DNA of 64,000 bases from Emiliania huxleyi CCMP1516 (lineage: Eukaryota): the NCBI RefSeq assembly GCF_000372725.1, contig NW_005202428.1, positions 2,017,119 through 2,081,118 of the forward strand, given 5' to 3'. The position numbers and the translations under genes were made by a program. The notes under the pieces were generated by a model that saw nothing but the letters and a program-made list of their open reading frames with translations, ran no database searches and was not told where the DNA came from. Shown one piece after another: positions 36,408 to 48,186 of the stretch (positions are counted from its first letter, which is position 1; each line of letters starts with the position of its first letter).

Positions 36408-36690
36408 TTAAGGTGTACGTACTTTTAGCTTACTGGGACAAAAGGGAGAGGGGGTGTGTGTCCAGTGTATGTAGCTCTTGAGCACTTGAGCACTGGATAG
36501 GGCCGATTCCGCGTGGTACGGGACCCCTCGATCGTCTCGCCCTCCCTCACTGGTGTGTATGTAGCTCTTACGAACATACCCGACACACACAGTACGTACC
36601 CGAGGGTGAACTGCTGACAGGGTTTGATTTTCAGTGTATGTAGCTCTTACGAACATATAGGTGAACTGCTGACAGGGTTTGCGATCAGGA
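36408..36690 (-). repeat. Repeat family D copy with local tandem duplications
   Basis: GTGTATGTAGCTCTT x3 and GGTGAACTGCTGACAGGGTTT x2; matches 24060-24148, and in inverted form 20255-20320. Confidence 0.75.
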
Positions 36691-37418
36691 ACTTTTTGCG
36701 GTTTTCAATTCCCGCTCCGCAGTTCCCACCACTGGTGACTGGCATTCGATCGCGTTGTCAATACTGTCGTAGCCTAAAGTCTGGGCAGGTTGTCGGGGAC
36801 ACGATCCCGGCGTGAACACGACTAACTGACGGATCCGCTCCTGACAGTCGCACGCGCCGCTGACAGTCGCACGCGCCGCGCTGCGGCGCGTGCGACTGTC
36901 TTTGTTTGAAGTTAAAAGTCGAATCAGAGCGCCGTCGGCGTTGTCCCCGGATTTTCTCCCCAGGACCGCCCGTCCGGCACCGCTCCGGGACGCACGCCGG
37001 CGAAGCACCATCAAGCTGCTGTACGGCCCCGGCATCGCCTCCCCTGGCTTAGCTCTCAGTCAAGATATTGTGCACATGGGTGGCCTCTACAATATACTCA
37101 CTGACACTGAACCTCCCAGAGCTCGTCCCGGTCCGCCACGGCCATCCTCGTCCTCCGGCGGGCCCCCGGCCGCGGCGCGGTGCGGCGGCGTCACAAATCC
37201 GACGGCAGAGCACCGGGACGCGGTCGGGCGATCTAAGGCCCAGTGAGGCGTATGCATTGCCCATCCAGGGCTATCACCTGGACCCATCAACAGGCGCCTG
37301 CGGCGCCGTGGTCAGGAGCCGCTGCTCCAACCTGTTCACACTTTCGTACAGTACAGTAAAAGTTATAAAGAAACCACAAGCCTGCCCCGCTGCCCTGCTG
37401 CCGCGGCCGAGACCACGA

Positions 37419-39218
37419 ATGATTGAGCAGCGCGCCACGCGCGGCCGCTGCGCTGTCGCCGACCGCCGCCTGCCGGCCGGCAGCCCCGTGCCACGCTTCT
37501 CTGGCCTGCCGTACGCGTGCTGCCCGCTGCCGTCACAGCGCGAGCGCGTCTGTGGTCGCTGCTTTGCCCAGGCGCCGGCGGCGCCTGGGTGCCTCCTGCG
37601 TTGCTCAAAGTGCCGGTGGGCGCGCTACTGCTCACGAGAGTGCCAGGCGGGCGATTGGCAGCGGCACAAGCGCGAGTGCCGCACGCTCGCCTCCAAGGGC
37701 GGCGAGCTCTTGCGGCTGGACGACGCACCCGTCGCCGACCTCTTGCTGCTGGGACGCTGCGCGTGGCGGCGGCACGACGCCAGCTCGCCGGACGATGAGG
37801 ACGCCGCCTTCGATGCGCTCGAGACGTCCCGGCCGACAGAGAGCGACCGTGCGCTGGCGCGCTTTGCGACGACACTGCCGGGCCTCCTCCCTCCGAGCTG
37901 CGACGCGGGCGACGCCACGCGGCTGCTCAGCCAGTTCCGCGTGAACAACTTCGGCGTAACCAACGAGCTACTGTCGGTGGTTGGCGCGGGCTGCTACCCG
38001 CCCGCTGCCCTCCTCAACCACAGCTGCGCGCCGAACGCGGTGCTCTACTACGAGGGGTCGCGGCTCGAGGTGCGAACCTGCCGCGATGTCGACGCCGGCG
38101 AGGAGCTGTGCCACTCGTACGTCGAGCTCTGCCAGCCGACGGCGAGGCGCGGGAGAGACTCCCCTCCCAGACACTGCCTGGACACTGACCAGACACTGCT
38201 GCACAGACACACACTGCTGCACAGACACTGCTGCAGAGACTGCCTCGTCGCTCCCCAGACTCGCCTCGCCCACCCCGCCCGCACCCGCACCCGTTCAGAC
38301 GCGCGGCGCAGCTGCGAGAGCGGTACGGCTTCGAGTGCGCCTGCGTGCGCTGCAGCGGCGGGCGGCGGAGCGACGAGTGGCGACAAGTGCCGCCAGCCTC
38401 CCTTGAACCGTCTCGGAGCCTTCCTGTCAGGCGGGCTTCGGAGCCGCGCGGGCGAGGACGTCGACGCCGCGATGGAGGCGCCGCACCCATCGTTGGGCGA
38501 GGCGGATTGCGCCGACGTGGCTGCTGCGACCGCGGCTGCTCACGCCGTTTGGTGCGGTGATCAGGCGAGGCGAACGGCGCCGCTGCTGCCGCGCGGCTCG
38601 AGCGAGCGGCGGCGGTGCTGCGTCGGGCCGCCGAGGAGGAGGAGGTGGAGGAGGAGCTCCGGTGGTGCGGCGAGGCGGTGGCGATACGGCGGGCGTGCTG
38701 CCACCGGCTCTCGACGCTGCGGTACGATGCGGTCCCCTCACCACCCACACCGCCTCCCGTCCGCACCGCCTCCATCCACGCCGCCTCCGTCCGCACCTCC
38801 TCCATCCACTCCACCGCCGTCCCTCCCGCACCACACACGAGTAGCCGGCCGCCCGTGAAGAGATCCCAGACCACGGCCAAGCAGCTGGGGACGCGGCCTC
38901 CCTCCGCACAGGTACGAGGCGGAGGGGCGGTGCCTCTCGGCCGCGCTCCTGTGCGGCGACAACGCGGCGGCGCTCGAGTGCTGCCGCGCCCTCGTCTCGT
39001 TCCTCGAGGCGGCCCTCGCGCACGTGCCCGCACACGCCCTCCTCGCGCTGCAGCGTTTCACCCTCTGCGACCTCGAGCTCGAGAGCGGCGACGCGGCCGA
39101 GGCGCGGCGGCAGATGGAGGCGTGCGCCGAGGCGGTGGCGATCTCCTACGGCGCGAAGAGCGCCCTTCGAGCAGCCGCGCGAGAACGGTGGGAGGAGCTC
39201 ATGTCGGGCGGATCTTGA
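37419..39218 (+). CDS. SMYD-family SET/MYND lysine methyltransferase, multi-exon
   Basis: RGRCAVA (N-SET), MYND finger CGRC..CSKC..YCSRECQ..W..HKREC, NNFG, LLNHSCAPN, GEELCHSY, post-SET YGFECACVRC, TPR-like C-terminus. Confidence 0.93.
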
Positions 39219-39484
39219 TTTGGCCGATGAAACTCACGGTTCCTGGTCGTCCCTCGAGTGGTACACGTATGCCGCTCAACGGCCAACGGCAACGCCACAC
39301 ACATGGATTTCGTGCGAGAAAAATAAATGCTGAATCTCGCGCGGAATCTCGACCTGGAGCATATACAATTTTTGAATTTACAAAAAAGGAAAAGGTAAAG
39401 CGTACCCAGCACCCACAAACAGTGCTCCCCAAGAACCCAACAACAAAACAATGAACCAGACGCGCATGCGAGAGAGGGCCATCG

Positions 39485-40972
39485 TCACGGCCTGCCGTTT
39501 GCAAAGAAGGTGAACCGGTCCATCGTCTCCAGCACCTCGCGCGCATCCTCCTCGGCGGTCCGCAGCGCGCCGAGCAGCATGACCGCACAGGCGGCCTCGC
39601 CCTGCAGCGGCAGCTCGGGCGCGGGCCGGGTGAGCCTGACCGTCGGCAGCGGCGTGCACTCCTTGCGCGACCGGACGCCTCTCCGCTGCACGCCTGCGAG
39701 CGCCGCCTTGGCCTCGCGGTGGGCGCTGACCACGCCTTGAAAGCACTCGACGGCCGCCGCGTCGTCCTGCTCGGCGCCGTCGCCGTCGAGGTGCATCATT
39801 CCGAGCGTCACGAGCGCGCGGGCCTTGATGGCGAGCCCCTCGAGGCCCAGCCCGGGGAGGCGCGCGCTGCGCGAGGCGGCGAGCAGCAGCGAGGACGCGG
39901 ATCGCGGCGGCTCGTCGCCGTCGCCAGTGCGCTCGCCGGCGCGCCCGCGCGTGTACTTGCTGATGCCAAGGTCGAGCTGCGCGCGCGGCGAGTCTGCCGC
40001 CGCCGCGCGGCTCCACGCTCGCCGGGCGGCGTCGTTCCGGCCGAGGGCGCCGCACAGGAATGCGATGCACTCGAGCGCGGCGGTCGCGGTGGTGTCGACG
40101 GCGGCGGCCAAGGCGCCCGTTTCGGCGGGAGAGGAGGAGGCGACGACGGCCTCAAGCAGCTCAAGCACGCCTGGCTTGGGCGTCTCCTGCTTTTGGCACA
40201 GCCCGTGAGAGCAGGCGCCCGAGCCAGCGACGCGGCAGTATGCCGGCGCCCGCAGCGCCGCGAAGAAGGGCCGCGGGTGCCAGTCACACGCGGGGACGGA
40301 GAGTGGCCAGAGCGCGCACTCCGCAAAGGAGGAGTGCGCCGACCAGAGCGGGGCGGCTCCCGCGGCGACGCTCCCAGCTCGAGCGAGCGCCGCCTCGTGC
40401 AGCGCCGCAGGCGCCTCGGGCGTGCAGCACCGCCACACGGCGGCGATATCAGCGAGGGAGTGGAGGTGGCCGACGACGCAGCTGATCACGTCGCAGCACA
40501 GGAGGTCCTCGAAGGTGGTGGGAGGTGGCGGCGGTGGGGCAGGGTCCAATGGTGAGGTCGCGAGCGAGGCCGACATAGCAAAAAGAAACCCGGAGTCCAC
40601 GCGGTTCTTCTCCGCGACGACGGTGCCTCCGGCGCGAAGCTCGAGCTCGACGATAGAAACCCTCCCCGTCGGTTCTTCTGGACACGGCTCGCCAACCGCG
40701 ACGACCGCTCGCCGCGGCCATTGCACCAGCACCGCAACCGCCGACCCGAACAGGCATCCGGGATTCTCGCCAAAGAGACGTCCGGCTGAGGTCCTCAAAC
40801 GGGACGAGTGAGCGATGTCGACCACGCCCGTCTTGCCGTTGTGCCGTGGTGCCCCGACCGCAATGAAGCCTGAGCCGAGCGAGGCCAGGGAGGCGGCGTA
40901 GCCGAGGAGCCGGGGCTCCGGGGCAAGCATTTTTAGCGGGCTCGCCACTAAGACGCCGTGAAGGGAGTACAT
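39485..40972 (-). CDS. ORF with FG-GAP repeat fragment, F-box-like motif and Sel1-like repeats
   Basis: LGYAASLA..IAVGAP..GVV and LFGSAVAVL..VAVGEP..GRVSI (FG-GAP); TFEDLLCCDVISCVVGHL..LADIAAVWRCC (F-box-like); AQLDLG and ALVTLGMMHLDGDGAEQDDAAAVECF (Sel1). The true start may be the internal MSASLATS near 40577. Confidence 0.7.
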   Translation of the reverse strand: MYSLHGVLVASPLKMLAPEPRLLGYAASLASLGSGFIAVGAPRHNGKTGVVDIAHSSRLRTSAGRLFGENPGCLFGSAVAVLVQWPRRAVVAVGEPCPEEPTGRVSIVELELRAGGTVVAEKNRVDSGFLFAMSASLATSPLDPAPPPPPPTTFEDLLCCDVISCVVGHLHSLADIAAVWRCCTPEAPAALHEAALARAGSVAAGAAPLWSAHSSFAECALWPLSVPACDWHPRPFFAALRAPAYCRVAGSGACSHGLCQKQETPKPGVLELLEAVVASSSPAETGALAAAVDTTATAALECIAFLCGALGRNDAARRAWSRAAAADSPRAQLDLGISKYTRGRAGERTGDGDEPPRSASSLLLAASRSARLPGLGLEGLAIKARALVTLGMMHLDGDGAEQDDAAAVECFQGVVSAHREAKAALAGVQRRGVRSRKECTPLPTVRLTRPAPELPLQGEAACAVMLLGALRTAEEDAREVLETMDRFTFFANGRP

Positions 40973-41054
40973 CTAATTGCGACTTTCTTTCCTGTTGCGA
41001 GCCAAGTAAAAAAGAAGAAAGCGTATACGAAACAAGAACACAACGCACTCTCTC

Positions 41055-42296
41055 ACATGACAAGCGATCCCACGACAGCGATTGTGGGGACTACATGAAC
41101 ATGATCCGTACACGTGAAGGGTGGAGGGGCCCGTCCGCAGAGAGGTCAAGAGGCCGTTTGCCGCTTGCTTGTTCTTGATCCACTTGGTGCGCATCTTGCG
41201 CGCCTGCTTGTTGATGTTGTCGGCGTCGCCCCCGCCACCGCCGCCATGGAGATCTGCTGCGTGTGGTGGACGACGAAGGAGGAGGCGCTCGCCGACGCCG
41301 CCCCGTACACCGGCCGGTCCGTGTTGGTGCCCACCGCTTCCTTGGCGAACACGTGGAGGATCTGCTTGGTGGGCGGCGCAATCGAATGCCACTCAAAGTT
41401 TCCACGAGCATCAGCCGCGTTATGGCTTTCTTGACCCACTTCGCGTCGTAGACGTAGTACTGCGCCCCCATCCTGCATCCACTTCCAGCCTGCATTCTTC
41501 TTGACCCACCCGTCTCCATACGCGTGGTCTTTGACCCATCCGTTTCCAGTCGAGTGGTCGAGCGGTCCGTCCACCTGACGGCCACGGACGCTCCTTGCAC
41601 CCCACGACCGCCGTCAACGCCTTGTCCAGCGTGTTTCCAAACCCGTAGAGGTGGCCCACCGACGCCACATTGCCACCATTGTCCCACGAGCCCCTTCCCC
41701 GACGTCGTCGACTTGATGAGCGGGTTCCAGCACTTGACCTCGTAATGCACGCCCCGCATCGACCATCGTGGCAAAGTCACCCCCCGCCGAGCTCGCAGAT
41801 GTCAGTCACGGACGTGTCGTTGAGGTGCCGCGTCACCTCGGGCTTTTCCTTGTGCCCGAGGATGATGCTGCCAACCGAGCGCGCCCGGATGGCATATTCT
41901 GGGCGGCCCTTAGCACCCCATTGTGCTTGGAGGTGCGGCCGCCTTTGTTGGAGTTGGCGAGGGAGTCGCCCTTGTACTCACCCTCCGTGACGTGCACGCC
42001 CGCGGCGGCCTTCTCGACGAATGTGGGCGCAATCACCGACAAGTAGAGCCCGTGCCTGCGCTGTATCGCCGTCAGGAACATCGCCGACACCATCTTCGTG
42101 TGTGGTGGAGTCCATCAGGGCGCATGTCGAGCCATCCAGCGGCGCCGAACTGGGAGATCGAGATGTAGCGAGTCGCCTCCCTGGACTTAATCGCCTCCGA
42201 CTGCGGCGTGTTTTTGTCAATCTCCTCGCACGCCGCCAGGCACGCGATCCACGCTTCGTGGGCCCCGACAGCAGCGAGCGTGACCTGTTTCGGGAC
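41055..42296 (-). mobile_element. Decayed 3' part of a non-LTR retrotransposon (restriction-like endonuclease, CRE/R2-type)
   Basis: Frameshifted segments FLTAIQRRHGL..GDSLAN..SKHNGVLRA, VTDICELG, HYEVKCWNP, HLYGFGNT, LMLVETLSGI, SFVVHHTQQISMAAVAGDA resemble the RHN/PD-(D/E)xK C-terminus of RLE elements; the 3' UTR recurs at 32688 and 42960. Confidence 0.7.
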
Positions 42297-42304
42297 TGGA
42301 GAGG

Positions 42305-42792
42305 CTTAGGGGACCCCTAGGCTTAAAAGGGTGGGCCCTGGGGCGCCTGCGGCTTAAACGGCTTAAAACTTGCCCGGGCAAGTTTTAAGAGCTGCTGGGC
42401 CGCCAATTCCTTAAACGGTCTTAACCCGCTTAAACGGTGCGGGAGAGCTCCCGAGGTCGATGGTCCGGGAGGCTCCCGGTAGACACGCCGGAGGCCGGGA
42501 AGCGGGCTACAGTCAGCTAGCACGCGTCCCCTATGCGAGTATGGCTCCTGCCAGTGCACCAGACTTACAGATGTGTCTTCAGAGGCGGGTTTGTGCCTAA
42601 TAACGGCAGTATTGGAGAAAACGGCGCGGAACCCAGCGACGGCATGCCGGCGAGGCCGATTTTCTTAAACTGTTAAAAGAGCGCCCCCCCGTGCCTGCAA
42701 TCTCTTAAATGGCAAGTTAAGCCCTCAAACCTCCTCGTTTCTTAAAAGGTCTTAAAAAAATCCGGCCCTCAGAACCCTAGGGGTCCCCTAAG
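42305..42792. mobile_element. 488-bp MITE with 17-bp TIRs and an 8-bp TSD
   Basis: CTTAGGGGACCCCTAGG at 42305-42321 and its reverse complement at 42776-42792; TGGAGAGG at 42297-42304 and 42793-42800; many subterminal TTAA motifs. Confidence 0.92.
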
Positions 42793-42936
42793 TGGAGAGG
42801 TGCTCTGCTGCGTGAAGAGGTCGCCAATAGGCGGGATGCGCTGCGCCGACGGCAGCATGGACGGACAGAAGCGGCCGTACGTGTGGCAGAGGCCAAACTC
42901 CTTACACAACGATCTCGCATTACAAGCGACACTCTG

Positions 42937-43125
42937 TCATGTCATGTCATGTCGGGGAGGACAAGACGATCCCACGACAGCGAGGCAAGAAACCCAGCGC
43001 TAAGAAGCGCGCTTGGTTTCTTTTGGTCGAACTGTGACATTTGGGGTTCGTTGTAAAGAAAGAAAGAAAGAAAACAGAGAAACCAATGGAGGGATGGGAG
43101 AACGGCACGCCGCCACCACACAGTT
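42937..43125 (-). repeat. Stacked repeat family E and family B ends
   Basis: (CATGT)n plus CGATCCCACGACAGCGA (as at 41065-41081), then (AAAG)n plus the family B core. Confidence 0.7.
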
Positions 43126-43221
43126 CGTTGTCGGCAGAATGCGCAGCGAAAATATTTTCTTTTTCGAGGATTCGTCTGTGGATTCCTGCCGAGCGACCAT
43201 ACACTCACAATGTACACACAT

Positions 43222-44999
43222 ATGTGCTCCCGCCCGCCCGCGTCGCTCACCAGGCCGTCTGGGCTCTCGGCCTGGTGGAGCGAGCTCAAGATGATCGGCA
43301 TCTTTGCCTTCTACCTCGGTTGCAACTTTGTCGTGATTGTCATCCCGGCGGTGGCTTACGCGGCCTGGCTGGGCGACGCCGTCTCGCGCGGTCTGCTCGC
43401 GCTCGCGCTCGTCGACTACGCGGTGCCGCTGCGGCCGGGGCGACCGTGGGTGGCGTGGTGCGAGCTCACGCGCGTCGCGGAGGGCATCCGGTCGTACTTT
43501 GACGCCGAGTGCGTGATTGAGGGCGACTTCCGCAGAGACCGCTCGCACCTCATCGTGTCTCACCCGCACGGTCTGTTTGGCGCCGGGTACGGCCTCTACG
43601 CGCACGAGCTGCGCGAGCGCTTTGGCATGAAACCGCTCTTCACGGGCGCCGACGTCGTCTTCATGCTGCCGCTGCTCCGCCGGATCATGGCCTCCACCGC
43701 CCTCACCCGCCCCCGACACCTCCCCGACACCTCCACGACACTTCCACGACACTTCCTAGGAGTCCATCCCACCATCCCTGGCAGGTGTGGTGGGGTATGA
43801 CCATGGTGAGTGCGGCGCCGCTGCGGCGGGCGCTGAGCCAGCCCTGGCCGTACAACGCGGTGCAGCTCCAGCCGGGCGGCATCGCCGAGATGTTTTACGG
43901 CACCGACTGCGAGCAAATCATCCTCTCCAAGCGAAAGGTGCCTCGGCGCGCAACGCCGCGCCCTCGCCTCGCCGGGATCTCTTCACGGGCTGCTCCTGTG
44001 TTCAGGGGCTCTGCCGCGTCGCGCTGCAGACGGGAGCGAGCCTGGTGCCGTCGTACGTCTTCGGGGCGAACGAGGCGCCGCGCCGCGCCTCGCAGCCGAG
44101 ATGGGGCCGAGGTGGGCGCGAGACGACGCCTCAACGCCTCCCCGCCGCCCTCAGATCTACACGCGCTGGTTCGGGCCGCACTCGCTCGCCGCACGCCTCT
44201 CCTCCGTGCTGCGCACCTCGCTCGTCGGCTGGTGCGCTGCCCGAGATCTGCCCGAGATCTCCCCGAGACATGCCCGAGATCCTACGCTGCGTCGGCTGGT
44301 GCGCCAGCACAGCGGCGACCAGTGTAGCCGCGCGCCAAGTGTGTGCCGGCACAGCGGCAACTAGTGCGAGTGAGCAGCCCTAGTCGCGCTAGCAAGCGGT
44401 GCTAGACATGTCCTGCAGGTCCGGCCGGTGGGGCGTCCCCTTCTCGCCCCTCCCCGTGCGGGGGAAGCTGGTGATCGTGCTCGGCGCGCCAATCGAGGTG
44501 CGGCGGGGGCCCCAGATGTGGACACACAGACACCGTGAATTCGGACAAGCGCTCGAGGGTACGTATCAGCTGTGCTCGGCCGCGTTCGCGCACTCGTTGC
44601 CCCTGCGTCGATAGGTGCCGCGAACGGAGTCGCCGACGGACGACGAGGTGGACGCGCTGCACGCAAGGTGCGTTTGGAGAGAGGCGGCGGGGGGCGGTGC
44701 TGGGAATGCGGCGCCAGCTCCTGCTTGTGTTTGGGTGAGGAGATGCGCGAGGAACTGCCTTGCCCTGCCCTCGCCCCACCACTGCGTGTGCGCGCGTGTG
44801 GAGAAGCTCTCCTCCACCTCGCCGTAGTCCACCTCTCCGTAGGTACGTCTGCGACCTGCGCGACCTCTTCGAGCGCAACAAGGGCCGGATGGGCGCCGAG
44901 TGGGTCGCCGCCAGAGGGAGCCTCTTGCTCGAGGACGAGGCGCCCGGCGAGGCGTCCGCGCGCCATAGTGGCCCGCCGGCGCGCGCCAAGGTCGAGTGA
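43222..44999 (+). CDS. DGAT2: Diacylglycerol/monoacylglycerol acyltransferase type 2 (DAGAT family), multi-exon
   Basis: N-terminal TMs, SYF, HPHG, PGGIAE, RKGLCRVALQTGASLVPSYVFGANE, GRWG..PLP, VLGAPI, EVDALHARY..L..LFE. Confidence 0.93.
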
Positions 45000-46090
45000 A
45001 GGGCGTGGAGGACGGAGCGGCGAGCTGCGCGAGCTCGAAGCAGGTGGAGGGGTGCTGCGTTGCCGCCGTGCGTCGCACCCGGCTCGTTAGGTAGACTTTG
45101 CTCGCGGGACGCGGCTCAGCTCTCGCAGCCCCCAGGACGGTCCGCGCGCGCGACCCAATCAGCAATCAAACACACTTCGGGTGTACAGTTGAGTGACGAT
45201 CCCCGCGCGTGCCGTTCGATGCCGTGTATCTGCCCCCCCCCTCGAGATTTCCCGCTGGCCAGCGTGCGTTGTGTTGCGACACCCGCGTTGCGGTCGACAC
45301 CTGTACATAGAGAGTTTAGTACGTGCCTTTGATTCCGGTGAAGAAAATCTGATCGCAAACTGACTTTTCGGTCAATAATTGTCGTCAAAAAACAACTACC
45401 CGGCTAGCGCGCGGCCCCGAGAGCACCGTCTAATAAGAGGCAAACCGCAAAGCCAAACCCCACTTTGGGACCTATTTGAGGCGGTGTGACGGCACTCACA
45501 GGGCACGGGAAGCTCTCCCGCCGCGTCTGCGTGGCCCGCCCGAGCCGCGGGGAACGGCGCGCGCCCCTCCCGGCGGAGCTGGGTGCGGCGCAGACGGGCC
45601 CCGAGTCGGTTCCGGGGCCGATTTGGGGCCGTTCTGTCTAGTTTTGAGCTGTTTAACGTTGGGAGCTGAACAGTGTTGCTAGTGTTACGCCGCAGCACCA
45701 CACTGCGCACGCTTCTGTCGCGCGCTCGCCTCGCTTTTGCTGCCCACGACGCCACCCTTCACGCGGCGTCCGCCGCGGTGGGGACCTCCATGTGAATCGC
45801 CAGTCCTCAATCCCCTTGCTTGCCCCCGCGTACGTCCCGTGACATTTGGCCCACATGTGTGTGACATTTTGCAACTGGTACTGTGACATTTCACTCGCAA
45901 ATGGGACCCGAATGGGACCGGAACGAATATTGGGACCCGGGTCCCACTGGGACCCAGGCGCTCTCCTGCCGCTGGCGTGCTCCGCCGACCCCGACCGTCG
46001 GCGCTGCACGTGAGGCATAGCTACCCCAACGCCCTGCGAGCTTCCCCGCGCGCGCTGGGCGCCTCGGCGACCCCCCTCGCGAACCCTGTA

Positions 46091-46286
46091 TTGGAGCACT
46101 TGGAGTGCAGTCGGCAACCTCACATCCAGGGCCGGTGAGCTGAGAAGCGCATCCAGCGGGCCGGATGATCGGTATCGGGTTACGGGCTAGAGAGCCCTAG
46201 CCCCGGGGGTGCGCGTTCGCAGGGCAAGGGCCTTAAAGTAAACACGGGTCTCCGAGGGTTAGCTCCGCGCTCCAGGTTTCCCCTAG
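46091..46286 (-). mobile_element. Repeat family A copy
   Basis: Aligns to 4807-5010. Confidence 0.8.
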
Positions 46287-48186
46287 CAGCAGAACGCCCC
46301 CTCTACTCGGAGCTAGTAAACACTCGACACGGACTCGACACGGACTCGACGCCCGCCCACAGTTACTTTTTTTAACAGTAACAACAGAACAAGAGATTTC
46401 TGGTTGGTTTTCTAAAATCTCTCTCAGAACAACAGTGGGGCTCCCCAACATGCAACAACAGTAGCTAACGTTAGGCCGGCTGAACAACAATAAGGAAGGC
46501 CTGTGGCAGTGACCCACGACGATCTCCAGCGTCCAGTGCGGGTAATACCCCGAAAATACCCGGGAAAACGATTTTCGGGGTTTACCCGGAGTTTTTGCCA
46601 TTTTCTGCTTGCTGGCCGCTAAACGACAGTAACAACAGTAACAAACAGTAACAGCATGCTGCATGGGCTGGGATGAACACTTGGGCCCGTGAGGCCATGG
46701 GAACGCCCTCGGATTGTACAGCACAGTCCACTAGCCGCCGAATACAACTGAAATACGCCGAAATTCGGACAATGTCTAGACACGACGCCCGCCACATGAC
46801 GCCCACCGCAGCCGCGTTGGTCGGCGCGCGCCGACGCCGACCATCACCACCGACCGACGGCTCGCACGGCCGTGCGGTGAGCAAAAATTTGGGTCGCTGC
46901 GCGCCTGCGCCGGATGCTCTGCGACGTCTGGACGCTCGCCAGAAACGCCAGGAAGCTTGCTCCACCCCTTAACCCGAGGGCGAACTTCAGTTTTCAGCAA
47001 CCTCTACAACGCTCCGATCAACTCCTCGATCTCATCTCAACATTACAATTCACACACAAACAAACAAACACACACACACACACACACACATACAAACACA
47101 CACACACACACAACTCCTTCCCCCCCCTCTCTCCCCCCTCCCCCCTTTCTCCTCACCCCACACATTCCCCCATACCCCCACACCCCCTCCCCTCACCAAT
47201 TAAATTATATATCTCCCACAATCTCGATCCTTGCGTGTGTCGGCAAGGGAGAAAACGGCCACAAGAGGAAAACATGCGTCACACCTGAGCGAGCCCGCCA
47301 ACAGCTGGCTCTTTCACCTGCAAGTAGCAGACGCTGAAGGCGCTGAAGACGCTAAAGACCGCAAGGGCACACGACCTTGCCGCGGCCAGTGCTCAACTGT
47401 AGCACCGGGCCTACAGCGAGGAGTGATGCGGTAATTGCCGAGGCAGTGATTCCCGTACAGTGGAGGATTCGGTGTCAAAACCGAGCCAAACCAGGCTGAA
47501 ACGGCGCGGGAGCTCACAGCGTGCCTCACTGGAGTCTCGCGAGTGCTCCAAGGCGAGCAGAGCGCGAGGGCCGATTTACGTAGACGCCTCAGGCGTTGGC
47601 GGGGCTAGTGCCAGCCAGCCGCCGAGGATGAAGGCCGAGCTCGACGGGCGGATCCGTTGCTCGCTGTCTTTGTGGTCACATACCGCCGTCGGTCTCCTGT
47701 TGTCCAGCGCGGTAGAGGTTGTTGGAACTGTGTGGACCGCCACGGCGCCGGCGGAGGTGTGGGCGGCGGTTCTGCTTGGGGTAGGGCTGTCGCCGCCCGC
47801 TCGTTATGCCGAGACCGCTTCTTCTTGCGCCGCCTGCTGTGGTCGCCGCTCATGTGCAAGCCGCGAGGTGCGTAGCCAGCCAGATCCAGCTGCGCAACGC
47901 GAGCGGAGCGAGCGAGTCGACGAAGGTGCCCGTCCGTTGCTATGTAACCGTGCGTCTCTCGCAGTCTCGCTTCACGGCGTCGCTGTGATGAAGGGCTCAC
48001 CGCGCCGATTGCTTGATTGTTGAGAAAATGTTTCGAGCGTGCACCGTGCGTGTATAACGTGCGTTGGTCGTGTCGGCTTGGGCCGCCATCCGTCTTTCTC
48101 AAAAAATCGAGACAACTCTGGTTTGGTTGGAGACGGCCTGGCTGGCAGTCAGAAGGAGGCGGCCCACGACCGGGCAATTTAGATAG

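Noticed and set aside
46975..47230. A/C-rich, G-poor tract (similar tracts at 62480-62700 and flanking the gap at 6560-6900)
   Set aside because: Looks like low-quality read ends or decayed microsatellite; no interpretable structure.
47380..47435. Short similarity to 54783-54830 (CGGCCAGTGCTCAAC..AGCGAGGAGTG)
   Set aside because: Probably a real old repeat, but neither its boundaries nor a product could be defined.
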